The notes below the pieces were generated by a model that ran no database searches, was not told the origin of the DNA, and worked only from the letters and a program-made list of their open reading frames with translations. DNA of 63,190 bases, the filler included, from Globobulimina sp. (taxonomy: Eukaryota): assembly GCA_003354225.1 (NCBI GenBank). It is 37 parts of 37 records of this genome, joined end to end, with 100 filler letters (N's around TTAATTAATTAA, not from the genome) between each part and the next. Parts side by side here need not be neighbours in the genome. Positions count along the whole stretch, not along the records: positions 11,986 to 13,597 come from PIVH01014120.1; positions 13,698 to 15,309 come from PIVH01014121.1; positions 15,410 to 17,020 come from PIVH01014122.1; positions 17,121 to 18,731 come from PIVH01014123.1; positions 18,832 to 20,442 come from PIVH01014124.1; positions 20,543 to 22,153 come from PIVH01014125.1; 31 more parts are not named here. The stretch is one strand, 5' to 3'. The translations under genes were made by a program, and so were the position numbers. This document shows, piece after piece, positions 12,203 through 22,253 of this stretch (the first letter of the stretch is position 1; the number at the start of each line of letters is the position of its first letter).

Positions 12203-13090
12203 ACTTCAATTCCTCGATATGACAAAGTTAGATTTATTGGTTTGAAAAGTCATGCGGTAAATAAAGGAAGCAAATATCATAGGATTTTTATGGAAATATT
12301 ATAGGATTTTATGGAGCATTAATTGATAATTAAATTACGGAATGTATTGGTTGTATTTTATGTGGCATTGATGGATTGTTGATTATTGCATTAAGGACAT
12401 ATTCCCGCATTTTCGCACAACAAATTTCTGTTTTTATATTTGGAAATAATAAAAGGTTGTTGGGTTTGGGGGGACAAGGGAACAGATAAGATGTATCCAT
12501 CATATTATTGGTTGAATATGATATATATTTTGTGTGATAAACTTGTTTTGCAAGGACCGATATTTTATTTAAAATTTTTAAAATGATATTTGCGCATAAA
12601 TGCTGCATTTTTTTAAACAATGAACCTGTGAAACGTTTGTTTTCAATTATATACATTTTGCACCAGAAAGAATTAGCGTAGCATCAATATTCCAGAAGTT
12701 ATGGCCATTTCAAATTCCGCGATTATCACTTTATAATGACAAATCTCAAAACAAGTTCCAAGTTCCATGATAATCGCGATTTGTCAAAACAAGTTCAATG
12801 ACAAATCGCGATTATCACTTTATAATGACGAAAATAAAAACAAAAAAACTCAGACCTCAGAACTTTACACTCCACCCTCCTCCTCCTCCTCCTGTCAAAA
12901 GAAAACAACAAAAAACATCATGGCTGGCTGAAATATTTTGGATATCAATATTTTGGACTTTTTTTAGGGCAAAAATGTTTCTGGATTTAGGATTTTTGTT
13001 TGTTTGTTTGGTTTTGTGTGGTTTACGAGGTGAACCCACTTGGTCGACGGGCTGAGGTTTGGTTTGTTTGGTTTACTGAACATTATTGTC

Positions 13091-13531
13091 TTAATCGTCT
13101 GTTTCATAAAGAAATATGGTCAATGCACAATTAATAACGTTCGATACGACAGACATCACAGCGATGCAAATTAAATGTTTATAATTGTATTGAAATGGAG
13201 TGCCTTTATATACGACATACAGTCTGAGCACAAATGTTAAATGCATGAATTGTTTGGAAGTAAAATATAAATTAGTGCACCACACAATAATTTCCCTACA
13301 ATAATCGTGGAATAATTTCCATTGAGAGAGACAAATTGTAATTCCAGAAAATACAAACAATGTTAATGTTACATACGAACAAATTGACGCAACAACATAT
13401 TGTTTATCAATTATTGGCAATGTAGTTCTAAACGAAACTGATTTTCTGTTTTTAGTTGCAATGTCAGACAATAGATTTACAGAATGCCATATCCACAATA
13501 CAACAATTAGTAATTCACCAAAATGACACAT
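13091..13531 (-). CDS. GPCR-like multi-TM protein fragment (apparently truncated)
   Basis: Four hydrophobic helices with LTFVLRLYVVYKGTPFQY. It ends abruptly before repetitive DNA. Confidence 0.5.
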   Translation of the reverse strand: MCHFGELLIVVLWIWHSVNLLSDIATKNRKSVSFRTTLPIIDKQYVVASICSYVTLTLFVFSGITICLSQWKLFHDYCREIIVWCTNLYFTSKQFMHLTFVLRLYVVYKGTPFQYNYKHLICIAVMSVVSNVINCALTIFLYETDD

Positions 13532-13697
13532 TATTGCAAATAACCACCAAAACCATCCACTATGTGAATATTGAAAAGAGGAACCGAATACTGGGATNNN
13601 NNNNNNNNNNNNNNNNNNNNNNNNNNNNNNNNNNNNNNNNNTTAATTAATTAANNNNNNNNNNNNNNNNNNNNNNNNNNNNNNNNNNNNNNNNNNNN

Positions 13698-15023
13698 GCG
13701 AACACATTATGGCAGTTTAAAGAGCGATATATTCAATCATTATATGATGAGAATGTAAATGACAAACAACCGCCAAAAACACGACGACCGTCTCCGCCGC
13801 CACAGGTACAGACGCATGGATTGTATGAATGTGGTGAACCAGAATGGAATGATGAAGATCCGCGAGCCAGCCATAATGTGTATATTCCCAAAGATAATCC
13901 TCGTTGTACTGAAACGTTAAGTAAATATGTTGACGAATCATTTGAATCTGCACAAGCATTATTTTATTATTTGGATTATATGATTGCAATGCAAATTATT
14001 GACAAACAAACAGTGCTGATAAAGTTTACAAGTGGCAAATGTATTTGTTTAATACACACAGAATTGCATAAGAATGGTCAAGCTCTCTATGCATTAACTG
14101 TGGAGAATGAATATAAATGTCATAATTCCAAACAAAAATGGAAAATAATGGATTATAGTCAGATAAATGAAGCGTTTATGACTGCATATGAATTATTTGG
14201 CAAATATGGCATTGTGGAGACTGATTTACAAATTGGTTCCAAAGCAATCCATAATAATTTTACAGATTGGAAAAAAGGAGTTATTGTAACAGCTAAATTG
14301 ATTAACGAAACAAATTGGAAATGCATTCCCGTTCTACGAAGTCAACAAAATAATGATAGTGACGCAGTGCATGTAAGTATTGGTAGGTTTAAGCAGTTCG
14401 CATTTCAATCATTAAAAAAGTGTACAACACGAAATGAAGAATTAACACCGATTTTATATTTCAAATTTTCGAGAAATGAGTATCGATATCGTTTGGAGAA
14501 ATTATTACCAGTTTTTCTTCCTAAACATAAAAAATACATTGCTGTCTCATTTTGTTGTACAGCAAAATGGAGAACGGAAGCAACTGCGATATTGTTAGAT
14601 TTGGTTGAAATGAAAAATAAAGCAAGTTTGGTTGAAACTGTCTCTGATGATTCATGGTTGAATGTGATCACTGAGGATATGACAGTGCATAATTTAATTA
14701 TTGATAGTCAGCCAATAAAACAAATAAAACAAATAAAAATAGCGCCAGCTGCAGGGATAAAATTAAATGATATCAGCAATAACCATATGAATGAAGAAGA
14801 AGAGAGAGAGAGAGAGGGATCAGATGATATTTTGGGATGGTTGACAAACATTGTTAAACTGCCACAATATTACCACATATTCATTGAAGAAGGATTTGAA
14901 GATTTTGAAACAATTTTACTGGTCGAAGATGAGGATTTAATTGAAATGAATATTCATACAAAAGAACATCGTGTTAAAATAATGAAAGCAGTGCAACAAA
15001 TCGAATCGAGCCAAGATTATTAA
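13698..15023 (+). CDS. DUF3825-like domain fused to a C-terminal SAM domain (5' partial)
   Basis: Open from the contig start. LFYYLDYM...IHTEL...LYAL and LLPVFL...ATAILLDLVEMKNKASLV...DSWL resemble DUF3825. GWLTNIVKLPQYYHIFIEEGFEDF...HRVKIMKAV is a clear SAM domain. Confidence 0.7.
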   Translation, partial: ANTLWQFKERYIQSLYDENVNDKQPPKTRRPSPPPQVQTHGLYECGEPEWNDEDPRASHNVYIPKDNPRCTETLSKYVDESFESAQALFYYLDYMIAMQIIDKQTVLIKFTSGKCICLIHTELHKNGQALYALTVENEYKCHNSKQKWKIMDYSQINEAFMTAYELFGKYGIVETDLQIGSKAIHNNFTDWKKGVIVTAKLINETNWKCIPVLRSQQNNDSDAVHVSIGRFKQFAFQSLKKCTTRNEELTPILYFKFSRNEYRYRLEKLLPVFLPKHKKYIAVSFCCTAKWRTEATAILLDLVEMKNKASLVETVSDDSWLNVITEDMTVHNLIIDSQPIKQIKQIKIAPAAGIKLNDISNNHMNEEEEREREGSDDILGWLTNIVKLPQYYHIFIEEGFEDFETILLVEDEDLIEMNIHTKEHRVKIMKAVQQIESSQDY

Positions 15024-15409
15024 TTGTATACAATTTGTTTGCATTTCTGTTTTGGTGTTTTTTTTATATCAAACAAGTCTAAAAAAAATACCTCATAACA
15101 ATAAAACACAGCTTTCAAAAAGAAGTGCGAACATCAAAAACAGTAAACTGTCATCAAGATTGTGATTATTTTTTTAGATTTGTTTGGACAGAACATTGTG
15201 AAAAAATTGTTTTTTTTGACAGGCTAATTGTTTCATATTATGATAACCCATCATCATACGACCTGCTTGTGATGGTTGTTCAATGCCGTGCGCGTGCAGC
15301 AGACATGGTNNNNNNNNNNNNNNNNNNNNNNNNNNNNNNNNNNNNNNNNNNNNTTAATTAATTAANNNNNNNNNNNNNNNNNNNNNNNNNNNNNNNNNNN
15401 NNNNNNNNN

Positions 15410-16076
15410 TATTGTAAATGATTCAATTCCTGTTGAATAAGTCTTATTTGTTCGATTGCTATCCATTGAAATCCAAGGCACTGCGCATGGTGCTCCATTG
15501 GCGCAGTCTGGGTTTCTTTCCTTTTTTTGTTGTTGTGAATGGGTTCATGTGCAAGGATAAAAATAAGTATATAAAGTGCCTGATATGTTTGATCGAAGCG
15601 TGTTACTATATACATTGCGTTGGTTTGATCGACAGGTTGATACACATCGCGTTCATCAACCACTGAATATTGTGTATTATATATATCATATGTCATATGG
15701 TATGAATGTTGAATGTTGAATATTACCTTGACACGGTAATGGATAGGGTGCATGGTTTGTGTTTTGAGAGCAATAGCTGTAGTTTGATGGATATATCATT
15801 CCCTCTGGTTTGAGTAATGATAGTTCGATGCTTCCAGTTGGTACAATGCATTCATTGTATCCAGAATTATAAATTATTACATCTTATTTGGTGATAAATA
15901 ATAATGTTTAATAAGAAAAGCAAACAAAATGAATAATGTAGCATACATCCAATGAGGTAGGCAAAAATAGCCAGCATCATCACATAACGGATTCCTCCTA
16001 AATATCTATCTTTAACTTTTACTATTTTGACTGTTGGATAGGCGAGGAATTCATCCCACGTCTGGTGTTTGCACAT
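15410..16076 (-). CDS. P2X ATP-gated ion channel, multi-exon (3' partial)
   Basis: FLAYPTVKIVKVKDRYLGGIRY (YxTxK motif), TM1 followed by IIYNSGYN, then VTRF..TYQ and GIESFT after splicing. Confidence 0.85.
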
Positions 16077-16274
16077 GTTGCTTTAAGAGGTAGTGAGGTT
16101 GACCCCCATGCAAAAAAACTGTTACTTTCAAATTTAATTTACATACATTCACAATCCTCTTTTGCGTCTCTGCAATCAAATAGGAGGACAATTCACATTT
16201 TCGAGAGCTAGCAATTAATAGTTTTAATTTCATGTCAATCAATTGATCGTAAAAACAAAATAATTTATTCCGCA

Positions 16275-16932
16275 ATGTCACTCGATAACGAACAATCCAA
16301 AGTAATTCAAGGAAGGTTCCATTTGACACGAAAGCTCGGTGCTGGGTAAGTAAAATAACATAAGTAATAACATTAATGTTTGTATATTAACAATGGACAT
16401 AGAACTTTTGTTAATATTCTACATTGTCATACCTTCGATACATATTTGTTTGTAATATACCAAAATCAAAACTGTTCCAAATTTCTGGTATTTGTCTAAT
16501 TAATAAATATAAATATCCAGATCATTCGGTGAAATCTTTGAAGGTATTGTTTTGTGTAAATCTCCATATTATCGATAATCCATTCATCCATCCATTCATT
16601 GCGTATTATATCACATCATATCACATCTTCTCATATTATCTCAATCAATGGATTGAATGCCAAACTCCATCGAATGCAATGTACACTTCCATCTTCCTTC
16701 CAATTCCAAACTAATTCTGGATTTTAGACTATAATTGAATGAGTTTGAAAACAACGAATAACAGTCATTCAAATCCATTGTTGATTTAATTCGGTGATTT
16801 GTGTGCTATCCATTCGAATTAATTAAAAAAGCAAATATTACCACAACTCACATTACATCACATGCAAAATACCAATTAATTAATTACACAGCAAAAGACC
16901 TAAAAACTGGCAAATTATACGCTTGCAAAGCT
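16275..16932 (+). CDS. Casein kinase 1-like kinase N-terminus (exons 16275-16345, 16521-16543, 16892-16932; partial)
   Basis: The spliced product is MSLDNEQSKVIQGRFHLTRKLGAGSFGEIFEAKDLKTGKLYACKA, with GT-AG introns. Absent from the ORF track. Confidence 0.85.
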
Positions 16933-17173
16933 GTTAAGTGCTTCCTCCCTTTGCTGCAAAGCAACTTCTTTTCTTTTTGTATTTCCTGTCTATACGCTTC
17001 GATCGTTTCGTCCCCACAAANNNNNNNNNNNNNNNNNNNNNNNNNNNNNNNNNNNNNNNNNNNNTTAATTAATTAANNNNNNNNNNNNNNNNNNNNNNNN
17101 NNNNNNNNNNNNNNNNNNNNGAAAACGTAGCCACGCACAAGTGTCAAAATGGTGTTCTAACCACCTATCAACA

Positions 17174-18204
17174 CTACGAAACTCCAATAAAAATTGCTCC
17201 TGATAGTTTTTCAAAACGTTTTTCATAAAAAGATTCACAAAATACTCTCATCTCTGCTTCAAATAACGGATTTATATCTATTGTAATTGCTTGTAACTCC
17301 CTTTCGTTGTTTGATTCCATTTGTTGTAATATTGAGTTATAAATTAAAGATTGTTTAAGAAAAGAAATATTTTTTTTTAATGCACCATATATAATACGCT
17401 TTGTTTTTGGAAATAATGTCAATATCAAATCCAATTGAAGCCATTCACAATCATTTTTAAACAATATCTCATGGAATTTACTTTCATTATTTTCCCTGTT
17501 TTTAAAAATAATTTGTTTCACATTCTGACAATGTTTATGTACTATATTCTTAAAATAATCAGGACAGCTTTCAAATGGATGCGCATGTTCATGATTTGGA
17601 TAATATCGATATAATTCATATGATAGTAATCGATAAACCATTTGTTTTTCTTCAGATGTCTTTGCAATGTCATCATCAGATTCAGAAAAACCACCTTCGC
17701 CAATATTCATACAATAAGTCATTTGGGTCAACCCTTTAATATATTTCTCATAATTTACTCCTGTTAATGCTTGAATTATAGTTTTAAAATAAAATTTATT
17801 CAAACCACCAATAAAAAATATTTCCTGCTCTGAAGTATAATCACTTAGCCACCGACAATCAAAACAGTTCAATCTTTCGAATGCTTCATTTCCTTCATTG
17901 AATTTAAAACACCATTCCATTGAAGTTATATTAATATTTAATATCATTCCTTTATACTCACAAAAATTAAGAGCAACTGCATAATCGAGAGATGTACTTA
18001 ATGGCCTTTAATGAATGCAAATAGCGAAGAAAAAGTAAATTCTTTCGTAACACCATGGTATACATTGATTGATTTATCATTAAGGGAATGTTTCCAGTTC
18101 ATTCCAAAGCATTCGACAAAACCTGCAATAAATTCATTCTTTTTCTCATTTTGTTCAACATTTAATATCGCAAATGAATCAATAACATCTCGCAGATCCA
18201 TCAT
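17174..18204 (-). pseudogene. ADP-ribosyltransferase-like protein with a 1-nt frameshift near 18005
   Basis: VYHGV...IKG[P]LSTSLDYAVALNF...GMIL...WLSDYTSEQEIFF. The STS motif is in frame only after restoring one C. Confidence 0.65.
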
Positions 18205-18270
18205 TTACGTATCTCTAGAAATGCGGAAAAAAAACCTGATGCTCAGCTAGTCTGCTTGAGATAGGGCAGA

Positions 18271-18675
18271 ATGATGCACGATACGTTATTAATGTGGTGT
18301 ATTCATATAATAGTATATATTACATCGTCTCAAAGAGAATACGTATTGGAAACACTCTCTCCTGCACCAACAAATTACCTCACTTGGTCAGAATCAAACG
18401 ATGAATGTAAGTCACGATATGGAACAGAATTAGCAACATTTATCACAACTGAAGATGTGGTAAATTTACGATATCACGCAAAAATTGCTGGTATGTTTGT
18501 GTGGATTGGCCTAAATGATATAGAGATTGAAGGAGATTGGAAATGGGAAGATGGCACACAATGTGTTCTCACTAACGGTGCTTGTTCAGATTTGTGGCTC
18601 AATCTACCGGATAATATCGGCGATGCATTAGATTCTGATGTAGATGATCTAGACTGCGGATCTCGGGAGGAATAG
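18271..18675 (+). CDS. Secreted C-type lectin domain protein (3' end disrupted)
   Basis: Signal peptide, TWSESNDECKSRYGTELAT and VWIGLNDIEIEGDWKWEDG. Confidence 0.85.
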   Translation: MMHDTLLMWCIHIIVYITSSQREYVLETLSPAPTNYLTWSESNDECKSRYGTELATFITTEDVVNLRYHAKIAGMFVWIGLNDIEIEGDWKWEDGTQCVLTNGACSDLWLNLPDNIGDALDSDVDDLDCGSREE

Positions 18676-18831
18676 TATAGTAGTGGCGCTGGACCATAGG
18701 GTGAGGAATAATGCGGAAACACCATATGGGANNNNNNNNNNNNNNNNNNNNNNNNNNNNNNNNNNNNNNNNNNNNTTAATTAATTAANNNNNNNNNNNNN
18801 NNNNNNNNNNNNNNNNNNNNNNNNNNNNNNN

Positions 18832-19158
18832 GAGCTTAACACAGCCATTTAAATTGTCGAGAATTATTTTTGTTTCCTTTTTATTGATTGGATCAGGCAC
18901 AGTGAATGATAAATTTTCCCATGAAACGAATATTTGTAAATTATTAGCCTTGCGTGATTCCATAGATTTGTGTTAGAGTTGAATTTTGTTATTGTGTTGT
19001 ATTTATTCTGTCAGAAAACTTCTACTGAAACATGGGTACAACAGACACAAAGTAACTGTGTATTTGGGCGATTCTCGTTTGTTGCCATTGGATATGGCCG
19101 CTTCTGTTGATAAAAGTGGTGCTGTTTCCTCTTTACGATTGCAACAGCAAAAGGTCAT
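18832..19158 (-). CDS. ABCG-type transporter N-terminus (intron 18949-19056; partial)
   Basis: Spliced MTFCCCNRKEETAPLL...VSWENLSFTVPDPINKKETKIILDNLNGCVK is the typical segment before Walker A in ABCG proteins. Confidence 0.7.
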
Positions 19159-19251
19159 GATCTGCAGCTAAAAGGCGCTTGAGTTTACAACTTTTTTTGT
19201 TTTTTTGGAATAGAATATATATCGATGAGATTTAATAATTAAATACAACAA

Positions 19252-19334
19252 AATAACAGCATAGTTTTCAACAAATATAACGCAAAATGGTTCACATTAT
19301 AAATCTGTGTCACAAATAATATATCTTTGTTATT
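19252..19334 (-). promoter_or_regulatory. Candidate SECIS element (GUGA-type, form II)
   Basis: Minus strand GTGA-cacagatttat(11 nt)-AA-tgtgaaccattttgcgttatatttgtt(27 nt)-GA, with pairable helix II, an apical mini-helix and a lower helix aataaca/tgttatt. It lies in the 3' UTR of a gene with an in-frame TGA. Confidence 0.7.
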
Positions 19335-19391
19335 AATTACCTTCTCATCAATGTTATATCCGACCAAACAATTAAATAAATGCACATTAAA

Positions 19392-19766
19392 TTATTGGTT
19401 GTTTGCTGTTTCCTGTTCATGAAAGTTGTTGAATTTATTTAGTGTTTCTTTCAACTCATTTAATGCTTTTTCTTTATTATCAAACATTTGGTCTGGATAT
19501 AATAGGTTCTTTTGCATTGTTTTCCAAATTAATTTATTATTATATCCTCGTAATTCAACTTTAATTATCATTGTGTCATATCTTTGCAAAAATACTTTAC
19601 AATTTGGAAATATTTTTTTTATTTCTGTCTTTACTAATTTTGCTTCATTTATCGAGAAGCAAACTCCTCCTCACGATGTATTGTAATAAACCGTAAATTT
19701 CTGTTTATTTCTTGTATCCAATGGTTGCAACCGCATATACTCTGCCGTGAAAACACAAGAACCCAT
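19392..19766 (-). CDS. Rdx/SelW-like selenoprotein candidate, 124 aa, Sec32 encoded by TGA at 19671-19673
   Basis: MGSCVF...KFTVYYNTS-U-GGVCFSINEAKLVKTEIKKIFPNCKV...IKVEL...KLIW. A beta-strand ending in U-G followed by a helix matches the Rdx fold, and a SECIS-like element lies downstream. Confidence 0.75.
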
Positions 19767-19857
19767 GGTTAAAATAAGAAGATGTGCTAGGAAATGTTTG
19801 AAGAAGGTTTTTTTCATCTTTGTCGGTCATCTGTCATCCAGATAATGCAAAATTAAG

Positions 19858-20442
19858 ATGGGCTATTGTTTGACTGTATTGTTTAGAATATTTGGTCCAA
19901 GAAGATTTATTGAACAATTTTTAGCAAAATTTACGTGGAGAGGAAGTTTTAATAATGTAAATCATAGACGCTGTGATGAGTATTATAATGCATATCAAAC
20001 ATATTAAGTATATCATAAGTTCTATCATGACAACACAAACGGATCAATTACTGACAAACAAAATGCATTACAATCATGTTTATCAGTTTATGGCATTGAT
20101 CATTGTTTAAACAAAACCTATCTTTCCGACTTATCTGAAATAATTTTATCTTTTTCTGAATCGGAATTCGCTCAAATTGTTTATCAATTTCATGCTTGCA
20201 AAGATAACTTACTGCTTTCTATCCATTGGCATTCAGAAAACATAGGCGCTGCATGGAACATTAAAAGAGTTTTTCAAGACATTTTAAAAGAATTTCCAGT
20301 GTATAAGAAATCATTGAAATACAATCAAAACGTCAGAATTAGTATGAATATCATTGAAAGATCAGAGCTCATTTATAATACCATGGATGAAGGCATGTTT
20401 TGGAAATTGCTGCAGTCCAAATCTGATGAGCTATCAAATGAT
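19858..20442 (+). pseudogene. Hypothetical protein with an in-frame TAA at 20005-20007 (partial)
   Basis: A 195-codon frame from MGYCLTVLF to the contig end is broken by a single stop. Confidence 0.45.
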
Positions 20443-20542
20443 NNNNNNNNNNNNNNNNNNNNNNNNNNNNNNNNNNNNNNNNNNNNTTAATTAATTAANN
20501 NNNNNNNNNNNNNNNNNNNNNNNNNNNNNNNNNNNNNNNNNN

Positions 20543-21884
20543 CAAATCGCCTCTCTTCGTAGAATCCGCCTCAATGATATCATGGACCAAGGAGTTAATC
20601 TGTGGCTGTCCGTCTTTATTATGAATGAACTCATCGCCAAAGGGCTCCCATATGGACAGTACGCATTGACTCATTCGCAGCCATAAACGCGGCTTGCTTT
20701 GCAACACTGGCAAACAGCACAAAAACGAGTCGATTGCGCGATGATACTCGCTCAAATTCTGCAAATATAATCCAGCATTGTAGCACAAATAAGATATCAT
20801 ATAATCTGCGGAGTATAACGCCGATGTGTCCATATACGAAGCGTGTAATGTCAATGCCCGATGTATCAAACTCATGGCAGAGCCGGTCTCGTCATTTATG
20901 GCGTAAATACACGACATATTATTCAAAAAAGAGATGCGTTCTTCGCAGGATTTGTTGCTGCGCTTCGCGCCAATATGGGTCTGGAATAACTGCGATTTGG
21001 CAGTATTGATGTTACCGGATATAAAGTCTTGATGTGCCTTTAAAAATAATATGCGTATTTTGTGATTTATGTCCCATGCTTCGGGCTTGTTTTTGCTCTC
21101 TGTCTTGTTCTTTTTGATCAAATCGATGGCTTTGGTCAGCTCTTTGTACGCGGCCTGGACTGGATTTTGATGGACAGCGCCGGTGGGATTATGTGACGAG
21201 GTTTGGCATTCAATTAATTTCAAATGACAGCCGATGATATGACACCAATAGGAATGTTTTAGCGAAGATACGAAGCGATCATTGCATGTATCCAATGCTG
21301 CGATGTCTTCTTCTTTCATGCTGGTTAATTTGGTGTGGATTAATTTGGCATTATCTATCATTTCGTGGTGCAAATAGATGGAGAATAATCGTAAACAGGT
21401 TCGAAAATAAATATTTCTGTTTTAAACCATTGCAAAAAATGAGTGGGTGCAAGGATGGTGAGGTTGGAATGTGGTTACTTAACGAAGGGACATTATCATC
21501 CGCGGAATTGATGAGACTTTTAAATATCTCCACTGATTTGGAGTATTGGTGTCGATTTAAATGCAATTCTGCTTCGTTGAATAATAGCGCTGCTTGCTTG
21601 GATATGTGTGTTGGATACGAAGCACGTAAATTACTGAGTTGTTTTAACAATGATTTGGACAGTGATCGCGGATTTGGTTTGCTGTAAAAATCAGAGATGG
21701 CGTGGTTGTGTAGGATGTTTGGAGCGGAGTTGTATCTGTTTCAAAATTAAACACATCGTTGCATTATTTATAAACCAAAGACAATGAAATTAATAAATAG
21801 CACATACAGATTTTTTTTCAATATCTCTGCAGCTTCTAAGAAATTACCAGTATGGAAATGTTCGGCTGCATCTGAAATGGACAT
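20543..21884 (-). CDS. CNOT10: CCR4-NOT subunit 10-like TPR protein, 3 exons (3' partial)
   Basis: ILHNHAISDFY, FLKAHQDFISGN, FLNNMSCIY, YNAGL and KPRLWLRMSQC, joined by two GT-AG introns. Confidence 0.8.
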
Positions 21885-22253
21885 GGTTTGAGGACTAGTA
21901 TTAGTGGAAAAACATTTTGAATCACTTTGGTCAGATAGTCAAGACGATGGCCAAGCAGTACCGGGAGGCGATTGGTCCCTGGCGAAGCTTCCTTGCCATC
22001 GTGGACGCCGAATAGCGACTAGCTAGCCACCGTGGAGGTCGGTTTCGCCAAACGCACGACGCTGCCGCAACGTCTTCCGTTTTACGACCACGACCGTCCG
22101 GTGCCGTTGTGGGATACTCGTCACCAGGCGGGATTCTATACGCGACTGGGACANNNNNNNNNNNNNNNNNNNNNNNNNNNNNNNNNNNNNNNNNNNNTTA
22201 ATTAATTAANNNNNNNNNNNNNNNNNNNNNNNNNNNNNNNNNNNNNNNNNNNN

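Noticed and set aside
18986-19171. Plus-strand 61-aa ORF
   Set aside because: It is antisense to the spliced ABCG N-terminus.
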